A stretch of 19,014 bases of DNA, taken from Candidatus Poribacteria bacterium (GTDB taxonomy: Bacteria; Poribacteria; WGA-4E; UBA9662). Positions 8,681 through 15,922 of this stretch are shown here, one piece after another. Location of the stretch: the NCBI GenBank assembly GCA_046582655.1, contig JAYGDX010000008.1, positions 1-19,014 on the forward strand, in the 5' to 3' direction. The translations under genes were made by a program, and so were the position numbers. The notes under the pieces were generated by a model that worked only from the letters and a program-made list of their open reading frames with translations, made no database searches and was not told where the DNA came from. Position 1 is the first letter of the stretch. Each line of letters opens with the position of its first letter.

Positions 8681-8709
8681 TTGACACCGAGATCCATTCT
8701 TGTTAAACT
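8681..8709 (+). promoter_or_regulatory. Sigma70-type promoter of the mod cluster
   Basis: TTGACA (8681-8686), 17-bp spacer, TAAACT (8704-8709), with an extended -10 TG at 8701-8702. Confidence 0.7.
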
Positions 8710-8714
8710 TAATA

Positions 8715-10250
8715 ATGGCTTCAAATTTTAATTTTCTCAATGGTATTGGTTTGAATAGACCCCGATTTTTTTTACTCGCCTCGATTATCGTATTTGCTGT
8801 ACTTATTCTGCTTTTGACTTGGAATCCCAGTGAAAATAGTAGCTCCTCTGTAGAACCACCAATATTACTTTATTGTGCTGCCGGAATCAAACCTCCGGTG
8901 GCAGAGGTGGCAAAAAACTATGAAACAGAATACGGTTACAAGGTTGACATTCAATATGGTGGATCAGGAACTTTGTTGAATAATTTGAAGGTTGCCAGTA
9001 CAGGGGATCTTTATATCGCGGCTGATGAGAGCTATATTGAGATTGCCCGCCAGCAAAACTTAGTGGCGGAAACAATCCCGTTGGCTGTAATGACGCCGGT
9101 GATTGCGGTACCAAAAGGAAACCCCAAAGGCATCCATTCGATTCAGAACCTGACAGACGACAATCTCAAAATAGCACTTGGGAATCCAGACGCGGCATCA
9201 ATTGGTAAAGTATCAAAAAAACTGCTCATCAAGTCGGGTGATTGGCCAGCAATTAAAGAACAGGTGACAGTTTTCTATCCAACTGTTCCTGAAATTGCCA
9301 ATAGTATCAAACTGGGGGCTATAGATGCAGGTATTGTCTGGGATACAACGGTAAATCAATATCCCGAACTAGATCTTGTCCGTGTCCCGGAGTTAGAATT
9401 GGGTCCTCAGAAAACGACAATTGGCGTTTTAAAGACAGCGAGAAATCCAGCAACTGCCCTCAGGTTTGCCAGATACTTAGCAGCACGCGATCGTGGTTTG
9501 ATCCAATTTAACAACTATGGATATATACCGGTTAGTGGAGATGTATGGATGGAAAAACCGGAGATCCTGTTCTTTAGTGGTGGCGTTAATCGTCTGGCAA
9601 TCGAACAGACAATTCAGCAATTTGAGAAACGCGAAGGGATTGAAATAACCAGAGTTTATAATGGCTGTGGAATTCTGGTTGCCCAGATTAGGACAGGAGC
9701 AAAACCTGATGCCTACTTTGCCTGTGACGTTAGTTTCATGACTCAAGTCCAAAGCCAGTTTGATAACTCAACCAATATTTCTGAAACTGATATTGTTATT
9801 CTAACGAAAAAAAACAACCCAAAACAAATTCTGAACCTAAGCGATTTAGCGCAAGCAGAACTGAGACTTGGAGTGGCAAATGCCGACCAAAGCGCACTTG
9901 GAGATCTAACTCGTAAAATGCTGCAATCTGAAGGAGTCTATGACAATATAATGAAAAACGTTCGAGTAGAAACACCAACTGCCGATCTCTTGGTCAATCA
10001 ACTTTTAGTTGGACCGCTAGATGCCGTCATCGTCTACGAGGCAAATTGCGCTAATGTTCTGGATGATCTTGAGTTAATTCGTCTCAATCTATCATCTGCC
10101 AAAGCCGTCCAGCCAATTGCCATCGGCAGAAAATCAGATCACAAATACTTGATTAGCCGTTTGCTTGAAGCTATCAAGTCGCCACAATCTAAAACAACAT
10201 TTGAATCAATTGGTTTTCGTTGGATTCGAAACAAAAACGAGGAAATTTGA
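8715..10250 (+). CDS. modA: Molybdate/tungstate ABC transporter substrate-binding protein with two tandem ModA-like domains
   Basis: N-terminal membrane anchor. Domain 1 reads YCAAGIKPP...YGGSGTLL...DLYIAAD...GNPDAASIG. Domain 2 reads FSGGVNR...YNGCGILVAQI...PDAYFACD...DAVIVY. Upstream of modB/modC. The start is uncertain (ATG 8715 or TTG 8751); TTG 8700 lies inside the promoter. Confidence 0.88.
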   Translation: MASNFNFLNGIGLNRPRFFLLASIIVFAVLILLLTWNPSENSSSSVEPPILLYCAAGIKPPVAEVAKNYETEYGYKVDIQYGGSGTLLNNLKVASTGDLYIAADESYIEIARQQNLVAETIPLAVMTPVIAVPKGNPKGIHSIQNLTDDNLKIALGNPDAASIGKVSKKLLIKSGDWPAIKEQVTVFYPTVPEIANSIKLGAIDAGIVWDTTVNQYPELDLVRVPELELGPQKTTIGVLKTARNPATALRFARYLAARDRGLIQFNNYGYIPVSGDVWMEKPEILFFSGGVNRLAIEQTIQQFEKREGIEITRVYNGCGILVAQIRTGAKPDAYFACDVSFMTQVQSQFDNSTNISETDIVILTKKNNPKQILNLSDLAQAELRLGVANADQSALGDLTRKMLQSEGVYDNIMKNVRVETPTADLLVNQLLVGPLDAVIVYEANCANVLDDLELIRLNLSSAKAVQPIAIGRKSDHKYLISRLLEAIKSPQSKTTFESIGFRWIRNKNEEI

Positions 10251-11074
10251 ATTTGGAAACCGAGGGAGGACTTTCATCTCGAGTATCCTCTGATTTGCCG
10301 TTTCTCGCATCATTGTGGATAATTGGAGGCGTATACATTGTATTAATTTTATCTCTTCTGATTGCGGATGCATCATATTCAACACCCAGCCATTTTCTGC
10401 AAGCCTTACAGTCTAAAGAGATTCGTTACGCTATAAAATTGAGCCTGATTTCCTGTACCATGGCAACCATCCTGTCGTTGTGGGTCGCTATCCCGGTTGG
10501 CTACTTAATGTCCCGCTATGATTTTCATGGCAAAATCTTTGTCGACGCTATCTTGGACATACCCATTGTCTTACCGCCCTTGGTTATCGGTTTAAGTCTC
10601 CTGATTTTGTTTCAAACACCTATCGGACGAGCTATAGAAAGTAAAGTTACAATTACCTATGGAATTCCGGCAGTCATTCTGGCACAATTCATGGTCGCTT
10701 GTGCGTTTGCTGTCCGAGCCGCGCGTGTTTCCTTTGATCAACTCGACCCACGACAAGAACAGGTTGCTCTGACTTTAGGATGTAGTCGTAATCAAGCTTT
10801 CTGGCTGGTTGTTCTACCTGAAGTCAGGCATGGAGTTTTAACCGCAGCCACGCTCGCTTGGTCCAGATCCCTGGGGGAGTTCGGACCGATCCTCATCTTT
10901 GCTGGTGCTACGCGCATGCGGACGGAGGTGCTGCCGACAACTGTTTTTCTGGAATTGAGTATCGGTAACATTGAAGCCGCAGTCGCTGTTTCACTTTTGA
11001 TGGTATTTGCCGCCATCACCGTTCTGATCATAGTACGAATCTATGCTTTAAAAGGGGCAATTAAATACCACTGA
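10247..11074 (+). CDS. modB: Molybdate ABC transporter permease
   Basis: LDIPIVLPPLVIGLSLL, EAA-like loop QEQVALTLGCS and WSRSLGEFG. The probable TTG start at 10247 overlaps the modA stop, with GAGGA upstream. Confidence 0.92.
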   Translation: MNLETEGGLSSRVSSDLPFLASLWIIGGVYIVLILSLLIADASYSTPSHFLQALQSKEIRYAIKLSLISCTMATILSLWVAIPVGYLMSRYDFHGKIFVDAILDIPIVLPPLVIGLSLLILFQTPIGRAIESKVTITYGIPAVILAQFMVACAFAVRAARVSFDQLDPRQEQVALTLGCSRNQAFWLVVLPEVRHGVLTAATLAWSRSLGEFGPILIFAGATRMRTEVLPTTVFLELSIGNIEAAVAVSLLMVFAAITVLIIVRIYALKGAIKYH

Positions 11075-11718
11075 TGATTGAGGTAGAAAACCTTTCGATC
11101 CGTGTAGGTAATTTCGCACTTGACGGTATCAATTTCTATGTTCCAAACGGCAATTATGGTATATTAATGGGTAAGACAGGAAGCGGTAAAACCTCAATCA
11201 TGGAATCGATTTGTGGGCTACTCAACCCCTCAGGTGGTACGATTAAGATCATGGGTCGCGATGTAACGCACCTTAAACCTGCTTCTCGAGGGATTGGTTT
11301 CGTTCCACAAGATGGAGCGCTTTTTTCTACCATGACGGTCCGAAATCATCTTGGTTTTGGATTGTCAATTCGGAAATGGGATCGACAACGCATCAAAAAG
11401 AGGGTTATTGAACTGGCAGAAACGCTGAAAATTCCCCATCTGTTAGACCGAACCCCCCAAGGTTTATCGGGTGGAGAGCGGCAACGCGTTTCGCTTGGTC
11501 GTGCTTTGTCGTATTATCCCAATGTTCTGTGTTTAGATGAACCGTTTAGCGCTTTGGATGATGAAACTCGCGAGGATATGTATCAACTGCTAAAATTAAT
11601 CATTGATCAAACAAGCATTACCATATTTCATATTACACACAGTGATTATGAATCACGACGATTAGCCGACAAAATATTTCGGATCGAAAACGGAAAGATA
11701 TTGGAGAGAGGCGATTGA
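11074..11718 (+). CDS. modC: ABC transporter ATP-binding protein (ModC-like, short, no C-terminal TOBE domain)
   Basis: Walker A GKTGSGKT, Q-loop FVPQD, signature LSGGERQR, Walker B LCLDEPF and H-loop HITH. 214 aa, with TGATG coupling to modB. Confidence 0.9.
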   Translation: MIEVENLSIRVGNFALDGINFYVPNGNYGILMGKTGSGKTSIMESICGLLNPSGGTIKIMGRDVTHLKPASRGIGFVPQDGALFSTMTVRNHLGFGLSIRKWDRQRIKKRVIELAETLKIPHLLDRTPQGLSGGERQRVSLGRALSYYPNVLCLDEPFSALDDETREDMYQLLKLIIDQTSITIFHITHSDYESRRLADKIFRIENGKILERGD

Positions 11719-11993
11719 AGATAACCATTGAATATTCGGCACAGATTAGACATGCCATTGGACTGTCAGAAGAGACAATTAGTCTGGAAGATTCCCAGCT
11801 TCTACATGATCTGATTTTGCATCTAGCGGAGAAGCATGGTCAACCATTCAAAGATCTTGTTCTGGATACGAAGGGGAACTTAAGTCGGATGATTCTTGCT
11901 AGTGTCAATGGCGAACAGGTTCGAGTAGGAACTTCAGCCGGCTTGAAAGATGGAGACTGGGTGAACTTAATGTCGCCCATTTCCGGTGGATAG
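11715..11993 (+). CDS. MoaD/ThiS family ubiquitin-like (beta-grasp) sulfur-carrier protein
   Basis: 92 aa, with ASVNGEQV...LKDGDWVNLMSPISGG and a C-terminal Gly-Gly. The TTG start overlaps the modC stop. Confidence 0.93.
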   Translation: MKITIEYSAQIRHAIGLSEETISLEDSQLLHDLILHLAEKHGQPFKDLVLDTKGNLSRMILASVNGEQVRVGTSAGLKDGDWVNLMSPISGG

Positions 11994-12045
11994 TACAATT
12001 ATTCAGAAACAGGAACAAAAAAATTGCGGAGGATAAAACAGGATA

Positions 12046-12996
12046 ATGATTAGAATATCAGTTTGGGATGGAGGTCTTTCGGACAGCTATCTGCGGATGA
12101 TAACGCAATTGGGAGCCAACTGCATCGACTTTGGAAATGACAGGAGTTTTCCTGGTGTCGCCGAACAGGGATATCCAGATATGGATCAACTGCTGAAGAT
12201 AAAAAGAAAGATCCACTCCTGGGGATTGGAAATTAACCGTGTGACCCTGCCAAATATCACCGAGCGATTTATAAACAACTTGCCTGGTGCCGAGGACGAG
12301 CTAGAAAACACAGTAACAGCTTTAAGAATCTTTGCAGAAGCAGGTGTGCCAATTGCCCGTCAAAGATTTGCGGGAGATACTTTCCCTCAACTCATGACCC
12401 GTTATCAGGCAGTACACCGTGGTGGTTACGTTTCCCGCGGTGAAAGTAGGGCTTTGACTAAAGATGAACTCGAAACACCCAATTATGATGAACTACAAGA
12501 ATGGTGGATCCGTTTTTGCGATATTTACTCCACTCTGGTTCCGATTGCTGAAGAATGCGGTATCAAGTTAGCGATTCATCCATCTGATGTTCCTAACCCT
12601 GACACTCCTCTGGGAGGTTTGGGATTTCATCGTGTTATCGACGCCTTTCCGAGTCGAAGTGTCGGGTATTTGTACTGTGTCGGCACACGAGCTGAGTCAG
12701 GCGGATCGCCAATTGTCATGGACGAGATTCACAATTACGGCCGAAAAGGACGAATCTTTATGATCCATTTACGTAACGTCCGCGCCAGTCTGGCGACGGC
12801 TGGAGCTTTTGAAGAAGTGCTTTTAGATGATGGTGATATGAACATGTTTAAAATCCTGCTTGAATTGCAAAAAATTGGTTTTGATGGATGCTTGAATCCA
12901 GACCATATTCCGAAAGTAGAGGGAGACACCAGTGGTTTGGCCTATTCAATCGGTTATATTAGAGCTTTATTGGCAGCGCTGGCAGCACTGCCTTAA
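12046..12996 (+). CDS. uxuA: Mannonate dehydratase (UxuA) family protein
   Basis: IKLAIHPSDVP, IHLRNV, FEEVLLDDGDMNM, PDHIP and AYSIGYIRAL, with GGAGGA/AGGA upstream. Substrate not certain. Confidence 0.85.
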   Translation: MIRISVWDGGLSDSYLRMITQLGANCIDFGNDRSFPGVAEQGYPDMDQLLKIKRKIHSWGLEINRVTLPNITERFINNLPGAEDELENTVTALRIFAEAGVPIARQRFAGDTFPQLMTRYQAVHRGGYVSRGESRALTKDELETPNYDELQEWWIRFCDIYSTLVPIAEECGIKLAIHPSDVPNPDTPLGGLGFHRVIDAFPSRSVGYLYCVGTRAESGGSPIVMDEIHNYGRKGRIFMIHLRNVRASLATAGAFEEVLLDDGDMNMFKILLELQKIGFDGCLNPDHIPKVEGDTSGLAYSIGYIRALLAALAALP

Positions 12997-13029
12997 ATAC
13001 TGTCAGTTGTCTGACCTATCAATGAATCA

Positions 13030-13785
13030 ATGAGTAACAAAAAAAAAACATTAACCGAGCTAGATCAACAGATTTACGAATGGCAAATGTGGGTGCCGGA
13101 GTTTGGTGAATCCGGTCAAGAAAAGCTGAAAAACGCTTCGATACTGGTTTCACGATGTGGTGGTTTGGGCGGTGTCGTTGCCTATGAATTGGCTGCAGCC
13201 GGCGTTGGCAAGCTGGTTTTAGCTCATGCTGGAAACCTTAAACATAGCGATCTCAACCGCCAGTTATTAATGACCTATGATCATCTTGGAAAACCGCGCA
13301 TCGAGTCAGTGAAACGAAGGCTTCGAGATTTGAATCCGCACATGGAAATTGAGGCTTATGGCGAAAATGTCAGCGAATCAAACGCGAAAGATCTAGTTTC
13401 TAAAGTGGATCTCATCATTGACTGCGCCCCGCTTTTCTCGGAACGCTTTGCCATGAATCGACAAGCGGTTGTTCAGCACACACCTTTAGTTGAATGTGCG
13501 ATGTATGATTTAGAAGCCCAGATTACAACTATTATTCCCAAAGAAACACCTTGTTTGGCTTGCTTGTATCCGGAGCAACCACCAGTTTGGAAGCGTCAAT
13601 TCCCTGTTTTCGGCGCTGTCTCAGGCATGATCGGTTGCATTGCCGTTATGGAAGCCATTAAAATCATTGCAGGTTTTGGTCACACACTGAAAAGTAAAAT
13701 GCTGAACATAGATTTGCGATCGATGAAATTCCAGACCATAGATATTCATCCAGCCTCGGATTGTCATATCTGCGGGCATCTATAA
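13030..13785 (+). CDS. HesA/MoeB/ThiF family E1-like adenylyltransferase
   Basis: YEWQMWVPEFGESGQEKLKNASIL, CGGLGG, SDLNRQ, Zn motifs CLAC and CHIC, and EAIKII. No rhodanese domain. Confidence 0.93.
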   Translation: MSNKKKTLTELDQQIYEWQMWVPEFGESGQEKLKNASILVSRCGGLGGVVAYELAAAGVGKLVLAHAGNLKHSDLNRQLLMTYDHLGKPRIESVKRRLRDLNPHMEIEAYGENVSESNAKDLVSKVDLIIDCAPLFSERFAMNRQAVVQHTPLVECAMYDLEAQITTIIPKETPCLACLYPEQPPVWKRQFPVFGAVSGMIGCIAVMEAIKIIAGFGHTLKSKMLNIDLRSMKFQTIDIHPASDCHICGHL

Positions 13786-13806
13786 TTCATAAGAAAACTC
13801 ATCACT

Positions 13807-14697
13807 CTGTCAAACTACATCAACCCCTATTCAAATTCATGTCGTTGGTTAAGAGGAAACCTGCATGGACATACCTGTTGCGGGAAATTTATGGATGCTG
13901 CTGTGAGCGGGCAGATCTACGCTGACTTAGGTTACAATTTCATGGCAATCACCGATCATAATCTCGTCCACGACTCAGATCAGTGGAGAACATGGCAGGA
14001 ACAGGTCAATCTGGCAATTATTCCAGGTGAGGAGAATGGGAATACCGATCATATCCTCGAAATTGGAGTGCAGACGGTTACATCTACCTTAAGCGAGAGT
14101 TACGTCGATCGGGCTAAAGCTTTACGAGATGCCGGAGGTTTCACCATTGGTTGCCATCCACAAGAGTATCCAGACCGAGGAGAAAAGAACGTAAGTGATG
14201 CAGCCGAAATTCTTCATGGTTTTGAGCTTTTCAACGGCCTTCGGGAAGGACGTGGTTTCGACGAGATGGCTAACATCGATTTGTGGGATAAGATCCTGAC
14301 CCAAGGCCATAAGATCTGGGGTGTCGCCACGGACGATTTTCACTGTGCTCATATTACACCCGGACACGGTTGGGTTTGTGTCCAAGTACCAGAGGATGCA
14401 CCAGAGAAAGTACCTTGGCAAACTATCGTCCAGCAACTCAAAAAAGGCGCATTTTTCGCTAGCACTTATTCTTCATTTGAAGAATTCACACTGGAAAATG
14501 GCATTTTGAAGGTCACTACTAAACAATCACGACAGATTCAGGTTGTTGCCGACAGAGGCCAAGTGATCTACCAAGTTGAAGGAACAAACTTGGAATGGCG
14601 TGTCAAACCTAATTTGACTTACTTTCGGATCGAAGCGTTGAGCGGTGTCAAACGGGCATGGAGTCAACCGTTTTTCCGGGACGATTCATACAAATGA
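13807..14697 (+). CDS. PHP-domain (CehA/McbA-like) metallohydrolase whose N-terminus extends upstream of the ORF-track start
   Basis: The in-frame sequence upstream of ATG 13891 reads LSNYINPYSNSCRWLRGNLHGHTCCGKF, containing the first HxH motif. It is followed by FMAITDHN, IPGEE, CHP, ATDDFH and RAWSQP. Only CTG 13807 (or ATA 13789 / ATC 13801) is available as a start before the motif. Confidence 0.85.
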   Translation: MSNYINPYSNSCRWLRGNLHGHTCCGKFMDAAVSGQIYADLGYNFMAITDHNLVHDSDQWRTWQEQVNLAIIPGEENGNTDHILEIGVQTVTSTLSESYVDRAKALRDAGGFTIGCHPQEYPDRGEKNVSDAAEILHGFELFNGLREGRGFDEMANIDLWDKILTQGHKIWGVATDDFHCAHITPGHGWVCVQVPEDAPEKVPWQTIVQQLKKGAFFASTYSSFEEFTLENGILKVTTKQSRQIQVVADRGQVIYQVEGTNLEWRVKPNLTYFRIEALSGVKRAWSQPFFRDDSYK

Positions 14698-14706
14698 TAC
14701 CGATTG

Positions 14707-14736
14707 ACCTAATTGACAGCAAAATGTCTATTAGGT
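14707..14736. promoter_or_regulatory. Intergenic palindrome overlapping a TTGACA hexamer
   Basis: ACCTAAT-T-GACA, GCAAAA loop, TGTC-T-ATTAGGT (11 of 12 positions pair). TTGACA is at 14713-14718. Confidence 0.45.
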
Positions 14737-14752
14737 ACAAGGATACTATTTG

Positions 14753-15922
14753 ATGAAGCGGGTTTTACTTTTGATTAGCGGGCTGTTACCTTTTTCTTGC
14801 CTATTGGCTTTTGCCTGTCGGTTTACTGTTCGTGAAGTTGGTTTTGCTGATGTCGTACCGCAATCCTATTACCTATATTGTTACGTTGATAATCAAACTG
14901 AAGCCGAGGTTATTTCTGCCTTTAAACAAATCACCTTTGCTCATTTTATTGACACCAATATCAAGAGCGAAGTGATTAACATCAGCCAATTCAGTGGTCA
15001 TCATGCGGCTAAGTATTTTAAGGAATGGGAAATTGAAAAGCTGCCAACCGTTGTTCTGACTTCACCAAATGACACTTCAATTGCCTTTCCTCTACCATCA
15101 AACAAAGATGGAATCCGAAGCCTAGTTGAACAAATAACTCGATCTAGCAAACGAGATCAGCTTCTTGAAGCTACCATCCAAACCTATGGTGCGGTTTTAT
15201 TTATCGAAGGACAAAATTCGGCAGAAAACCAGCAAGCCAATTCAGCGATTCGTTTGGCTATTGCACGAATCAAAGATAAAATGCCTGAAATGCCGAAACC
15301 CATTAATGAATTACCAAGGATGATTACACTTCCGTATCAAAAGATAGATCAAGAAAAAATTTTACTGTGGAGTCTGACAGGAAATATTGAACCGATAGAA
15401 AGACCTTATGCTATTGTGCTGTATGGTCGAGGGAGACAGATTGGTCCGCTTTTGGAAGGCAATCAGATCACAACAGTAAATTTGGTAAACACGCTGTCAC
15501 TAATTGGTGCTGATTGCGAGTGCGGACTTGACAGGTCTACCATGTTGGGAACCATGATGCCACTCAAATGGGATCAATCAATGCAATCTGATCTGGTCAA
15601 ACAACTCGGGTTTGATCCGGAAAGCCCCATGATTAAAAACGAAATTAGTCAAATTTTGTCCAAAACACCTGCTTTCCCAGGGCAGGATACTTCTGAGGAT
15701 CCACTGTTAGGATATACTGAATTTACGGTGACATTTGATTCGGAATTAGCCATTGATTCGGTCAATATGGGTTCCAGTTCTCCCGTTGATCCTGATATCC
15801 TAGAATCGGCAGATTCAGTCACTCCACCGATTTGGTTGTCGTTAGTTGTAATCATCTTGTTGGGAATCACCATACTCAATTCCGGAATTTTAGTATTTCT
15901 ACGAAAACGAAAAGATTCCTGA
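14753..15922 (+). CDS. Hypothetical exported protein with signal peptide, Cys motifs and C-terminal membrane anchor
   Basis: MKRVLLLISGLLPFSCLLAFA-CRFTVREVGF, internal GADCECGLDR, an acidic Ser/Pro linker, then a hydrophobic helix followed by RKRKDS. Confidence 0.85.
   Translation: MKRVLLLISGLLPFSCLLAFACRFTVREVGFADVVPQSYYLYCYVDNQTEAEVISAFKQITFAHFIDTNIKSEVINISQFSGHHAAKYFKEWEIEKLPTVVLTSPNDTSIAFPLPSNKDGIRSLVEQITRSSKRDQLLEATIQTYGAVLFIEGQNSAENQQANSAIRLAIARIKDKMPEMPKPINELPRMITLPYQKIDQEKILLWSLTGNIEPIERPYAIVLYGRGRQIGPLLEGNQITTVNLVNTLSLIGADCECGLDRSTMLGTMMPLKWDQSMQSDLVKQLGFDPESPMIKNEISQILSKTPAFPGQDTSEDPLLGYTEFTVTFDSELAIDSVNMGSSSPVDPDILESADSVTPPIWLSLVVIILLGITILNSGILVFLRKRKDS

Noticed and set aside
8475..8700. 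Moco/Wco riboswitch in the modA upstream region
   Set aside because: No recognisable conserved stems, and the best promoter lies downstream of this region. An Infernal scan would settle it.
4887..14712. TGACCTA recurring shortly after stop codons (about 4887, 13012 and 14705)
   Set aside because: A 7-mer that also occurs inside coding regions (about 6057 and 13271). Too short to separate from chance without genome-wide counts.
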